Source: Deferrisomatales bacterium (GTDB lineage: Bacteria; Desulfobacterota; Deferrisomatia; Deferrisomatales; JACRMM01). Taken from it: a DNA stretch of 61,529 bases. The stretch is from contig JAWSUI010000019.1 in NCBI GenBank assembly GCA_033551855.1, forward strand, positions 1 through 61,529, read 5' to 3'. Made by a program: the position numbers and the translations under genes. Below the pieces are notes generated by a model. It saw only the letters and a list, made by a program, of their open reading frames with translations. It did no database searches and was not told where the DNA came from. This document shows positions 46,202 through 55,831 of this stretch, one piece after another (the first letter of the stretch is position 1; each line of letters begins with the position of its first letter).

Positions 46202-48097
46202 ATGGGACGCTACGACGAGGTGTTTCGCCGCAGCCTGGAGGATCCCAACGGTTTCTGGGGCGAAGCCGCCGAGGCGGTGACCTGGACCAAGAAGTGGGAC
46301 CGGGTGCTCGACGACTCCAACCCGCCGTTTTATCGATGGTTCGTGGGGGGCGAGCTCAACACCTGCTACAACGCCCTGGACCGCCACGTGGAGAGCGGGC
46401 GGGCGGATCAGGTAGCCCTCATCTACGACAGCCCGGTGACCGATCAGGTGCAGAAGCTGACCTACCGGGAGCTCCGGGACCAGGTCGCCCGCTTCGCAGG
46501 GGTACTCCGCGGCCTCGGCGTCGGCAAGGGCGACACGGTGATCGTGTACATGCCCATGGTGCCCCAGGCGGTGGTCTCCATGCTCGCCTGCGCCCGCCTC
46601 GGTGCCGTGCATTCGGTGGTCTTCGGAGGATTCGCGCCCCACGAGCTCGCGGTCCGGATCGACGACGCCAAGCCCAAGGTCATGGTCTCCGCCTCCTGCG
46701 GCATCGAGGGGGCAAAGGTCCTCGCCTACAAACCCATGCTCGACAAGGCCATCGAGCTCGCCCACCACAAACCCGAGAGCTGCGTGATGCTGGCCCGGCC
46801 CCAGGTGGCCGCCGAGTTGACCCCGGGCCGGGACTTCGATTGGGACGAGCTCATGGCCAAGGCCGAGCCGGCCCCCTGCGTACCCGTGAAGGCCACCGAC
46901 CCCCTCTACATCCTCTACACCTCCGGCACGACAGGCCTGCCGAAGGGAATCGTCCGGGACAACGGCGGGCACGCGGTCTCCCTCGCCTGGAGCATGAAGC
47001 ACGTCTACGACCTCGACCCCGGCGAAGTCTACTGGGCCGCCTCGGACGTGGGCTGGGTGGTGGGCCACTCCTACATCGTCTACGCGCCCCTCATCTACGG
47101 GTGCACGACGATCTGCTACGAGGGCAAACCCGTGGGCACCCCCGACCCGGGCGCCTTCTGGCGGGTCATCAGTCAGCACCGGGTGAGGGTGCTCTTCACC
47201 GCCCCCACCGCCTTCCGGGCCATCAAGAAGGAAGACCCGAAGGGCGAGTACATGAAGAAGTACGATCTCTCGCGCTTCAAGTACCTCTTCCTGGCGGGCG
47301 AGCGCACCGACCCCGACACCTACCACTGGGCCACCGACCTCCTGCAGCGCCCGGTGGTGGACCACTGGTGGCAGACCGAGACCGGGTGGGCAATCGCGGC
47401 CAACTGCCTGGGGATCGAGCCCTTCCCCATCAAGCCGGGCTCCCCCACCAAGGCCGTGCCCGGCTACGACGTCCAGGTCGTCAACGACGCCGGCCAGGTA
47501 CAGGACCCCGGCCAGGAGGGCATCGTCGTCGTCAAGCTCCCCCTGCCCCCCGGCACCCTGCCCACCCTGTGGAACGCGGACCAGCGCTTCAAGGAGTCCT
47601 ACACCGACCCCTTCCCGGGTTACTATTTCACGGGAGACGGAGGCTACCTGGACGAAGACCGGTACGTGTACATCATGGGCCGGGTCGACGACGTCATCAA
47701 CGTGGCGGGGCACCGGCTCTCCACCGGGGGGATGGAGGAGATCATCGCCACCCACCCGGCGGTGGCCGAGTGCGCCGTGGTGGGCGCGGCCGACAACCTG
47801 AAGGGCCAGGTGCCCGTGGGCTTCGTGGTACTCAAGGCGGGTGCCGACATCGCCGAGGATGCGCTCAAGAAGGAACTGGTCCAGATGATCCGCGAACAGA
47901 TCGGGCCCATTGCCTGTTACAAAGAGTCGATGATCGTCAAGCGCTTGCCCAAGACCCGGTCGGGCAAGATCCTGCGGGGCACCATGCGCAAGATCGCCGA
48001 CGGCGAGCAGTACCGCGTCCCCTCGACCATCGACGACCCGGCAACCCTCGGGGAGATCGAGGAAGCCCTCCAGAGCGTGGGGTACGCGAAGAAGTAG
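46202..48097 (+). CDS. prpE: Propionyl-CoA / acetyl-CoA synthetase family acyl-CoA ligase
   Basis: NTCYNALDRH, HSVVFGGF, YILYTSGTTGLPKG, SDVGWVVGHSY, DHWWQTETG, LPKTRSGKILR; GAGGAGG RBS. Confidence 0.88.
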   Translation: MGRYDEVFRRSLEDPNGFWGEAAEAVTWTKKWDRVLDDSNPPFYRWFVGGELNTCYNALDRHVESGRADQVALIYDSPVTDQVQKLTYRELRDQVARFAGVLRGLGVGKGDTVIVYMPMVPQAVVSMLACARLGAVHSVVFGGFAPHELAVRIDDAKPKVMVSASCGIEGAKVLAYKPMLDKAIELAHHKPESCVMLARPQVAAELTPGRDFDWDELMAKAEPAPCVPVKATDPLYILYTSGTTGLPKGIVRDNGGHAVSLAWSMKHVYDLDPGEVYWAASDVGWVVGHSYIVYAPLIYGCTTICYEGKPVGTPDPGAFWRVISQHRVRVLFTAPTAFRAIKKEDPKGEYMKKYDLSRFKYLFLAGERTDPDTYHWATDLLQRPVVDHWWQTETGWAIAANCLGIEPFPIKPGSPTKAVPGYDVQVVNDAGQVQDPGQEGIVVVKLPLPPGTLPTLWNADQRFKESYTDPFPGYYFTGDGGYLDEDRYVYIMGRVDDVINVAGHRLSTGGMEEIIATHPAVAECAVVGAADNLKGQVPVGFVVLKAGADIAEDALKKELVQMIREQIGPIACYKESMIVKRLPKTRSGKILRGTMRKIADGEQYRVPSTIDDPATLGEIEEALQSVGYAKK

Positions 48098-48120
48098 GGG
48101 GAAGGTTTCGATCGGCCGGC

Positions 48121-48189
48121 TAGGACGAAGCATAGGACATATAGGACGCATAGGACCCATAGGACGGACCCGTCCTATGGGTCCTATGC
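48121..48189. repeat. 9-mer (CATAGGACN) tandem array forming a perfect 20-bp hairpin between convergent genes
   Basis: TAGGAC at 48121, 48133, 48142, 48151 and 48160; GCATAGGACCCATAGGACGG (48148-48167) pairs with 48170-48189. Confidence 0.92.
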
Positions 48190-48199
48190 CCTCTGCCCC

Positions 48200-49078
48200 T
48201 CAGAGCTCCTCGGGCACGAGGGCCACCACCTCGTCGATGGTGTCGGCGCCGACAAGGAGCATGACGAGGCGGTCCACGCCCAGCGCGATCCCGGCCGAGG
48301 GGGGAACCCGGGCGAGGCCGCGCAGGAAGGGCTCGGGCATGGGGTACGGGTCCCGGCCCGCCTCCCGACGGGACTCCCGGTCCGCCTCGAAGCGGGTCCG
48401 TTGCTCGACGGGGTCGGTGAGCTCGGAGAACCCGTTGGCGAGCTCCAGGCCGCCGGCGTAGAGCTCGAACCGTTCGGCGAGCCCCGGCCGGCCCGGCTTG
48501 CGGCGCGCCAGGGACGCGCAGGCCGACGGGTAGTCGACGAGGAAGACCGGGGTGCCGAGCCCCGCCAGACCCGGCTCCACCCGCAGCGCCACGAGCTCGT
48601 CGAAGGTGCCCGCCTCCAGCGCCTCCTCCGGGGTGGTGCCCGCCCATCGGCCGAAGGCCTCGGTCACGGTGACCCTCGACCAGGGCCTCTCCCCCCCGTC
48701 GGAGAAACCCAGGGCCGGCAGGAGCCCCTCGCAGTCCTCCATGAGCGCCCGGTAGTCCTCCCCGGCCCGGTACCACTCGAGCATCGTGAACTCCGGCAGG
48801 TGCCGCTTTCCCCGCTCCCCCTCGCGCCAGCATCGGCACACTTGGAAGATCCTCGGGCAGCCGGCGCCCAGGAGCCTCTTCATCGCGAGCTCCGGGCTGG
48901 TGTGCAGGTACCAGTCCCCCGAGGGCACCGCGTCGATGTGGGGCTCGGGGGCGTTGGCCGGGATGCGGTGGGGGGTCTCCACCTCCAGGAACCCGCGCCC
49001 GGCGAAAAAGGCCCGGATTCCTTGGAGGATTCGGGCCCGGAGCTCTAGGTTGCGGAGGGATTTCGGGCTGGGCGTCAT
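48200..49078 (-). CDS. epmA: EF-P lysine aminoacylase
   Basis: GFLEVETP, YLHTSPELAMKRLL, HLPEFTMLEWY, ERFELY..GLELANGFSEL, GIALGVDRL; downstream of efp. Confidence 0.93.
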   Translation of the reverse strand: MTPSPKSLRNLELRARILQGIRAFFAGRGFLEVETPHRIPANAPEPHIDAVPSGDWYLHTSPELAMKRLLGAGCPRIFQVCRCWREGERGKRHLPEFTMLEWYRAGEDYRALMEDCEGLLPALGFSDGGERPWSRVTVTEAFGRWAGTTPEEALEAGTFDELVALRVEPGLAGLGTPVFLVDYPSACASLARRKPGRPGLAERFELYAGGLELANGFSELTDPVEQRTRFEADRESRREAGRDPYPMPEPFLRGLARVPPSAGIALGVDRLVMLLVGADTIDEVVALVPEEL

Positions 49079-49102
49079 AGGACCCATGGGACGGATAGGA
49101 CG
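49076..49102. repeat. Three 9-mer units (NATRGGACN) overlapping the epmA start codon
   Basis: CATAGGACC CATGGGACG GATAGGACG. Confidence 0.8.
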
Positions 49103-49156
49103 TACGGGGGACCGGGGGCCGGCACCACCGGGCCCGGCACGACCGCCGCGGGAGCC

Positions 49157-49717
49157 CTATTTCACCCGGGTCACGTAGGCGCCGGTGCGGGTGTCGATCT
49201 GCACCTTCTCCCCCTCGGCCACGAAGGCCGGCACCTGGAGCTCGTAGCCGTTCTCCATGACCGCGAGCTTGGTCACGTTGGTGGCCGTGTCGCCCCGGGC
49301 GGCCGGGTCCGCGCGCGCCACCGTGAGCACCACGAAGTTCGGCAGGGTCACGCCGATCGGACGGTCGCGGAAGAGCAGCACGGCCACCTCGAGGTTGTCC
49401 ACCAGGAAGTGCACGTCGTCGCCGAGCTGTTCCCCCGTGAGCTGGTGCTGCTCGTAGCTCTGCTGGTCCATGAAGGTGTAGAAGTGCCCGTCGTTGAAGA
49501 GGTACGTCATCTTCCGCTCTTCGAGGGCCGCGGGCTTGAAGGTGTCCCCCGAGCGGTAGGTGCGGTCAAACCGGTTGCCGCTGATCATGTTGCGCATCCG
49601 GCACCGGTACAGGGCCTGGCCCTTGCCGGGCTTCGAGAACTCGAAATCCTCGATGACGTAGGGGTCGCCGTCGATCTCCAGCTTGAGCCCCTTCTTGAGG
49701 TCACCGGCCTTGTACAT
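49157..49717 (-). CDS. efp: Elongation factor P
   Basis: 186 aa; KPGKGQA, LPNFVVL, RGDTA, VPAFV, IDTRTGAYVTR; GGAG RBS. Confidence 0.96.
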   Translation of the reverse strand: MYKAGDLKKGLKLEIDGDPYVIEDFEFSKPGKGQALYRCRMRNMISGNRFDRTYRSGDTFKPAALEERKMTYLFNDGHFYTFMDQQSYEQHQLTGEQLGDDVHFLVDNLEVAVLLFRDRPIGVTLPNFVVLTVARADPAARGDTATNVTKLAVMENGYELQVPAFVAEGEKVQIDTRTGAYVTRVK

Positions 49718-49792
49718 CGCTCCTGCTCCTGGTCTTGGTTGGGAAGGGGCACTATGAATAGACTTTTTTCCGGTTTCTGTCAAAATGGCGCC

Positions 49793-50749
49793 ATGTCGGA
49801 CCCCGCCGTGCTCGCTCGGCCCGCCGCCGCCCCCTGCCCGTTGCCACCCCCCGCCCCATCCTTCCCTGTCCGCTGGCCCCGGGCCTACCGGTCCCTGGCG
49901 GAGGCCCTCGGGCCGGGGAGCCCGCTCCTGAGGATGGGGGACCTCGACCCCTCGGAGGCCGCCCCGGACTCGGGAGCTCTGGCCGACCCCGTGGGGGAGA
50001 AGGGCCGCTCGCCGCTGCCCTTCCTGCTGCGCAAACACCCCGACCGGGTCGTCGTGCTGGCGGCCTCCCGCTGCTTCTTCTACTGCCGTTTCTGCTTTCG
50101 TCGCGGCGAGGACCCCCGCCGTCGGGGCCGCCCCGGGACCGAGGACTGGGAGCGGATCTTCGCTTGGCTCGGCAGGCACCCGGAGGTCGAGGAGGTCATT
50201 CTCTCGGGGGGGGACCCCCTCACCCTGCCGGACCGGAGGCTGGCGCAGATCGGCCTCCGGCTCGCCGACATCCCCACGGTCCGGCGGTGGCGCCTCCACA
50301 CCCGTGCGCCGGTCGTACTGCCGCAGCGCGTCACGCCGGGGCTCGTCTCGGCCCTCTCCAGGAGCCCCCTGCCCCTGCGGGTGGTGCTGCACTGCAACCA
50401 CCCGGCGGAGGTGTGGGATCCCCTCTTGCGAGCGGTGGAAACCCTGCAGCGGGCCGGGATCGGGGTCCTGAGCCAGAGCGTGCTCCTGGCGGGGGTGAAC
50501 GACCGCCCCGAGACCCTCGCTGCGCTGTTCCGAGCCCTGGGGGGGGCCGGGGTTCGGCCGCATCACCTGCACCACCCGGACCCCTCTCCGGGAAACGCCG
50601 CCTTTCGGCTTCCCCTGGACCGGGGGCTCGCGATCTTCCGCGGCCTGGAGCGGCGCCTGGGACCCGAGGGGTCCTCGCTGCTCCCGACCTACGTCCTCGA
50701 CCGCCCGGACGGGTCGGGGAAGGTGCCGGTCGCGGCGGTGCTCCGATAA
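49793..50749 (+). CDS. epmB: KamA-family radical SAM lysine 2,3-aminomutase-like (EF-P beta-lysylation)
   Basis: DPVGE, CFFYCRFCFRR, EVILSGGDPL, HTRAPV, HCNHPAE, QSVLLAGVND, GSGKVP; divergent from efp. Confidence 0.88.
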   Translation: MSDPAVLARPAAAPCPLPPPAPSFPVRWPRAYRSLAEALGPGSPLLRMGDLDPSEAAPDSGALADPVGEKGRSPLPFLLRKHPDRVVVLAASRCFFYCRFCFRRGEDPRRRGRPGTEDWERIFAWLGRHPEVEEVILSGGDPLTLPDRRLAQIGLRLADIPTVRRWRLHTRAPVVLPQRVTPGLVSALSRSPLPLRVVLHCNHPAEVWDPLLRAVETLQRAGIGVLSQSVLLAGVNDRPETLAALFRALGGAGVRPHHLHHPDPSPGNAAFRLPLDRGLAIFRGLERRLGPEGSSLLPTYVLDRPDGSGKVPVAAVLR

Positions 50750-50756
50750 CCGGGCT

Positions 50757-51227
50757 TCACCGAACCCCGGTGTGGCCGAAGCCCCCCGCGCCGCGTGCCG
50801 ACGAGGCGGAGAACTCGTCGACCACCACGAGCTCGGCCTGCACGACCGGCACGAAGACCATCTGGCAGATCCGGTCGCCGGGGTGGACGGTGAAGGGCTC
50901 GGAGGAGCGGTTCCACACGCCGATGCCCACTTCCCCGTGATAGTCGGAGTCGATGAGGCCCACGAGGTTCGAGAGCACCAGGCCGTGCCGCATCCCCAGA
51001 CCCGACCGGGGGATCATCACCGCGGCCAGGCCAGGGTCGGCAATACTCAGGGCCAGGCCGCTGGGGATCAGACGGGTCTCCCCCGCCCCGACCGCTACCG
51101 GCTCCTCGAGGCACGCGCGCAGGTCCAGGCCGGCGGCCCCGGCGGTGGCATAGGCCGGCAGGGGGATCCGAGTCCCCAGGAGGGGGTTCAGGATCCGGAC
51201 TTCGACCTTCCGGGCGGAAGGGTTCAC
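50757..51227 (-). CDS. dut: dUTP diphosphatase
   Basis: [40 protein letters not shown]. Start approximate. Confidence 0.93.
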   Translation of the reverse strand: MNPSARKVEVRILNPLLGTRIPLPAYATAGAAGLDLRACLEEPVAVGAGETRLIPSGLALSIADPGLAAVMIPRSGLGMRHGLVLSNLVGLIDSDYHGEVGIGVWNRSSEPFTVHPGDRICQMVFVPVVQAELVVVDEFSASSARGAGGFGHTGVR

Positions 51228-51255
51228 AGGCTCTCCCAGCGCCGGCCCCGGCGCG

Positions 51256-52863
51256 TCAAGGGGTAAAGGGGGCGGGACCTCGCGCATCGACGCGTCGGGC
51301 GCGCAGGATGCGCAGGCGCTGGGCCAGGGCTCTCGCCCGGGCGGGCTTGGGGACGCAGCCGTCGGCGCCGGCGGCCCTCCAGGCGTCGTTCTCCGCGGCC
51401 GCCCCGGTGCTGTAGGTGAGGATGACCGCACCGGGCCCGGGAGCCCCATCTCGGAGCACCTTGAGGAGCTCCACGCCTCCGCCGTCGGGAAGGCGCGGCT
51501 CCACCACGCAGCCGACCCACTCCCCCTCGGCCCACAAGGCTACCGCCTGGGCAGCGGTTCGCGCCGTGACGACGACGAGCTCGTCCCCGAGCGCCGCCTC
51601 CAGCACACGGCACGCGTCCTCGTCCGGCTCCACGAGCAGCACACGTCCCCCCGGAGACCCGGCGCCGGGCGCCGGCGGCTCGTCCACTCCCCGATGGAGG
51701 GGCAGCCACAGGTGGACCGACGCGCCGGGCAGGCGCGCGGGGTCCGCCCCCTGCCCTTCGGCCCAGGCCTCCCCCCCGTGGGCCCGCAGGACTCCCCGGA
51801 CGGTGGCTAGGCCCAGACCCAGACCCGCCGCCCCGAACGCGAAGTCGCCGCTGTAATGCCCCAGGGGGTCGGACTTGCCGGAAAATCGCTCGAAGAGGCG
51901 TTCCGAGGCCTCACCCGCGGGGATGCCCACCCCGGTGTCCGCCACCGTGAGGCGAGCTCCCGGGGCGCCTCCCCGCTCCTCCGCCCGCCCGAGGACACGC
52001 ACCACCCCGCCGTCCGGCGTGGCCCGGGCGGCGTTCTGGAGGAGCTCGCTCAGGACCGCCCGGCCCGCGTCCCGGTCCAGGGAGACCGGCCCCAACCCCT
52101 CGGGGATCCGTTCCTCCCAGCGGAGGTCCCTGTCGGTCGCTGTCTTCGCGGCCTCGGCCACGCTGCGCCGAGCCAGGTCCCGCAGGTCCACGGGCCCGGG
52201 GAGGTAGGTCCAGGGAGAGGCGGTGCGGGCATGGGCGAGGACCCGATCGAACAGGGCGGCGAGACGGTTGGCCCCCGCCGCGATGCGCCGCGCCCACTCC
52301 CGGCAGACCGGGGACAGGGGCGGCTCCGCCCGGTCCAGGAGCAGCTCGGCGTATCCCTTGACGCTGACCAAGGGGGTCTTGAGCTCGTGGGAGAGCCGGG
52401 CCAGCAGAGCCTCGGCGGTGGCCGGCGTCCCGTCCCCGGAGGCAGGAGCCAGAGCCGACAGCCGCCGCACCAGGGCGTCCGCGAGCAGGGCGTCCTCGGC
52501 CAGGGGAAGGGGGGGCTCGCCCCGGCCCAGCAGCAGGGCAGCGAAGGCGCCCCCGGCTCCCGCGGCGGCGAGCGCCCAACGGGCCGCCGGGAACCCCGCT
52601 TCCTGGGGGAGGAGGGGGCGCGCGCCCCCCCGCAGGAGCGCGACCCCGCCGCGCCCCTCGTTCCAAGGAAACCCCTCTCCGGGAGGAGCCACCGCGACGC
52701 CTTCGGCCCCCGCCCGGAAGTGGAGGCAGAGCGCTCGCCCGGGTGCTGCGGACCAGAACAGCGCTTGGTCGGCGTCTGCGAGCCGGCGAAGGGCCTCCAG
52801 GAGCTCGGCGCCCCGGAGCCCCTCCAGGCCCAGGAGCCCCCTCTCCCACTCCCTGCCGGCCAT
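51256..52863 (-). CDS. Cytoplasmic hybrid histidine kinase with degenerate C-terminal receiver
   Basis: [27 protein letters not shown]; receiver VLLVEPD...CVVEPRLP...VPKP. Confidence 0.8.
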   Translation of the reverse strand: MAGREWERGLLGLEGLRGAELLEALRRLADADQALFWSAAPGRALCLHFRAGAEGVAVAPPGEGFPWNEGRGGVALLRGGARPLLPQEAGFPAARWALAAAGAGGAFAALLLGRGEPPLPLAEDALLADALVRRLSALAPASGDGTPATAEALLARLSHELKTPLVSVKGYAELLLDRAEPPLSPVCREWARRIAAGANRLAALFDRVLAHARTASPWTYLPGPVDLRDLARRSVAEAAKTATDRDLRWEERIPEGLGPVSLDRDAGRAVLSELLQNAARATPDGGVVRVLGRAEERGGAPGARLTVADTGVGIPAGEASERLFERFSGKSDPLGHYSGDFAFGAAGLGLGLATVRGVLRAHGGEAWAEGQGADPARLPGASVHLWLPLHRGVDEPPAPGAGSPGGRVLLVEPDEDACRVLEAALGDELVVVTARTAAQAVALWAEGEWVGCVVEPRLPDGGGVELLKVLRDGAPGPGAVILTYSTGAAAENDAWRAAGADGCVPKPARARALAQRLRILRARRVDARGPAPFTP

Positions 52864-52900
52864 GGTCACCGCAGTTCCGGCCCGGGGTGCGACAGCCCCG

Positions 52901-55609
52901 TCAGCCCTCGGCCACCGCGGCCTGGGCGGCCGAGAGACGGGCGATGGGCACCCGGAAGGGGCTGCACGAGACGTAGTCGAGGCCCGCCCGGTGGAAGAAG
53001 CCGATGGACTCCGGGTCCCCCCCGTGCTCGCCGCAGACGCCGACCTTCAGCCCCGGCCGGGCGGCCCGGCCCTTCTCGGTCCCCTGGCGCACGAGCTGGC
53101 CCACCCCCTCCTGGTCGATGCTCTGGAAGGGGTCGTCCCGGTAGATCCCCCGCTGGACGTACAGGGGCAGGAAGGTGCCCGCGTCGTCCCGGCTGAAGCC
53201 GCAGGTCATCTGGGTCAGGTCGTTGGTCCCGAAGCTGAAGAACTCCGCCTCCGCCGCGATCCGTTCGGCCGTGAGCGCGGCGCGAGGGACCTCGATCATG
53301 GTCCCGACCAGGAACGGCAGGTTCGCCACCCCGGTCTCGGCCTTCACGGCCTCGGCGACTTCGAGGATGAGCGCCCGCTGGTCCGCCAGTTCGTCCGCGT
53401 GGCCCACCAGGGGCACCATGATCTCGGGCCGGGCGTCGACCCCTTCCTTGCGGAGCTCGGCGGCGGCCTCCAGGATGGCCCTGGCCTGCATGCGGGTGAT
53501 CTCCGGATAGCTGATCCCCAGGCGGCAGCCCCGGTGCCCCAGCATGGGGTTGAGCTCCTTGAGCTGCTCCACCCGGGCCCGCACCGCATCCACTTCCTTG
53601 CCCATGGCCAAGGCCAACTCCGCGACCTGGTCGTCCTCGTGGGGCACGAACTCGTGGAGGGGCGGATCCAGGAGGCGCACGGTCACGGGGAGCCCCTCCA
53701 TCGCCCGGAAGAGCCCCGCGAAGTCGGACTTCTGGTAGGGGAGGAGCTTGTCCAGCGCCCGGGAGCGCTCCTCGGCGGTTTCCGCGAGGATCATCTCCCG
53801 CATGGCCCGGATCCTCTCCTCCCCGAAGAACATGTGCTCCGTTCGGGTCAGGCCGATCCCTTCGGCTCCGAACCGCCGCGCCTGGGCCGCGTCCTCGGGC
53901 CGGTCGGCGTTGGCCCTCACCCCCAGCCGCCGCAGCCCGTCGCAGGATCCCAGGAACCGGGCGAGCATCTCGTTCTTCTCCGGGTCCAGGACGATGAGCG
54001 GGAGCTCCCCGGCGTACACGACTCCACGGGTCCCGTTGACCGTGACCACATCCCCCTCTCGCAGCACGGTGCCGTTCGCGGTGATCGTGCCGGCGCCCAC
54101 GTCGATCTCGAGGGCCCCGCAACCAACGACGCAGGTCTTCCCCCACCCCCGCGCCACCAGGGCGGCGTGGGAGGTCATCCCGCCCTTGGCGGTCACGATG
54201 GCCTCGGCGAGGTGCATCCCGTGGATGTCCTCGGGACTGGTCTCGGCCCGCACCAGGACCACCTTCTCACCGGCCGCCCCCAGCTCCTGGGCCCGGTCCG
54301 CCGTCAGCACGATCTTCCCGACCGCCCCCCCCGGCCCTGCGGGCAGGCCCTTGCAGAAGGGCTCGAGGCCCCTCTCGCGGTCCGGGTCCACCATCGGGTG
54401 CAGGAGCTCGTCGAGCTGGGACGGCCGCACCCGCAGGACCGCCTCCTTCGGGGTGATGAGGCCCTCCCCCGTCATCTCGACTGCCATCCGCACGGCCGCC
54501 GGGCCGTTGCGCTTGCCCGTGCGGGTCTGGAGCATCCACAGGTGCCCCTCCTCCACGGTGAACTCGATGTCCTGCATGTCGCGGAAGTGGCCTTCCAGCT
54601 TCTCCCGGATCCGGAGCAGGTCTGCGTAGACCTCCGGCATCGCCTCCTCCAGGGTGGGCAGGTGGCGGTTCGTCTCGGTCTTGCCTGCATCGTTGATGGC
54701 GTCGGGCGTGCGGATGCCCGCCACCACGTCCTCCCCCTGGGCGTTGGGGAGCCACTCCCCGTAGAAGACGTTCTCCCCGGTGGCGGGGTTGCGGGTGAAG
54801 GCCACCCCGGTGGCCGAGCTCTCGCCCCGGTTGCCGAAGACCATGGCCTGCACGGTGACCGCCGTGCCCCAGGCGTCCGGGATCCCCTCGATCCGCCGGT
54901 AGTGGACGGCCCGCTTCCCGTTCCAGGACTGGAAGACCGCCCCCACGGCGCCCCAGAGCTGCTCCCGGGGGTCGTCGGGAAAGGGCTTTCCCAGGACCCG
55001 GGCCACCAGCTCCCGGAACTCGCCGCAGAGCGCTTCCAGCTCCTCGGCAGTGAGCTCGGTGTCGGAGCGGTAGCCCCGGGACCTCTTGAGGGCCTCCATG
55101 CGGTGCTCGAGCTGGAGGCGCACCCCCTGCCCCTCCGCCACCTCCAACCCCGCAGCCTTTTCCATCACCACGTCGGCGTACATCATGATCAGGCGCCGGT
55201 AGGCGTCGTACACGAACCGGGGGTTCCCGCTGCGCGCCACCAGCCCCGGAATGGTCGCAGAGCACAAACCCACGTTGAGCACGGTCTCCATCATCCCGGG
55301 CATGGAGGCCCGGGCCCCGCTGCGCACGCTCAGGAGCAGCGGGTCGGCGGCGTCCCCGAAGCGGCGCCCCATCACCTGGGCCACCCTCTCCAAGGCGTCC
55401 TCCACCTCCCCTGCCAGCGTGTCGGGGTAGGAGCGGCCGTGGGCCTGGTAGTGGTTGCAGGCCTCCGTCGTGATGGTGAAGCCCGCGGGCACCGGTATGC
55501 CGAGCAGGCACATCTCGGCGAGGTTCGCCCCCTTCCCGCCGAGGAGCTCCTTCATCTTCCCGTTGCCGTCCGCGGTGCCGCCTCCGAAGGTGTACACGTA
55601 GCCAGCCAT
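52901..55609 (-). CDS. ppdK: Pyruvate, phosphate dikinase
   Basis: LLGGKGANLAEM, SVRSGARASMPGMM, GGMTSHAA, GLTRTEHM, FGTNDLTQ, GVCGEHGG, CSPFRVP. Confidence 0.97.
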   Translation of the reverse strand: MAGYVYTFGGGTADGNGKMKELLGGKGANLAEMCLLGIPVPAGFTITTEACNHYQAHGRSYPDTLAGEVEDALERVAQVMGRRFGDAADPLLLSVRSGARASMPGMMETVLNVGLCSATIPGLVARSGNPRFVYDAYRRLIMMYADVVMEKAAGLEVAEGQGVRLQLEHRMEALKRSRGYRSDTELTAEELEALCGEFRELVARVLGKPFPDDPREQLWGAVGAVFQSWNGKRAVHYRRIEGIPDAWGTAVTVQAMVFGNRGESSATGVAFTRNPATGENVFYGEWLPNAQGEDVVAGIRTPDAINDAGKTETNRHLPTLEEAMPEVYADLLRIREKLEGHFRDMQDIEFTVEEGHLWMLQTRTGKRNGPAAVRMAVEMTGEGLITPKEAVLRVRPSQLDELLHPMVDPDRERGLEPFCKGLPAGPGGAVGKIVLTADRAQELGAAGEKVVLVRAETSPEDIHGMHLAEAIVTAKGGMTSHAALVARGWGKTCVVGCGALEIDVGAGTITANGTVLREGDVVTVNGTRGVVYAGELPLIVLDPEKNEMLARFLGSCDGLRRLGVRANADRPEDAAQARRFGAEGIGLTRTEHMFFGEERIRAMREMILAETAEERSRALDKLLPYQKSDFAGLFRAMEGLPVTVRLLDPPLHEFVPHEDDQVAELALAMGKEVDAVRARVEQLKELNPMLGHRGCRLGISYPEITRMQARAILEAAAELRKEGVDARPEIMVPLVGHADELADQRALILEVAEAVKAETGVANLPFLVGTMIEVPRAALTAERIAAEAEFFSFGTNDLTQMTCGFSRDDAGTFLPLYVQRGIYRDDPFQSIDQEGVGQLVRQGTEKGRAARPGLKVGVCGEHGGDPESIGFFHRAGLDYVSCSPFRVPIARLSAAQAAVAEG

Positions 55610-55624
55610 CCCGTCCCTCCGCTC

Positions 55625-55766
55625 AGAGCCTGTGAGACCATCTGCTGTGCGACCCGAGTGCTTCGTTGCGCACTCGCGCACTCTTCGCCAATCCAGTTGC
55701 CATGTCTCGTGGTTCGCTCATGCGCGCCTCGCACCCCGGTCCGCTCGCGATTCTTTCACAGACTCT
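55625..55766. mobile_element. 142-bp MITE-like element with 13-bp terminal inverted repeats
   Basis: AGAGCCTGTGAGA (55625-55637) and TTTCACAGACTCT (55754-55766), 11/13 complementary; non-coding, lower-GC interior. Confidence 0.65.
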
Positions 55767-55831
55767 CCAGGCGGCGACCGGCGGAACGCGCCCCGCGATC
55801 CCTTGGCCGCCGGCCGCCAGCCGTTGGACCG

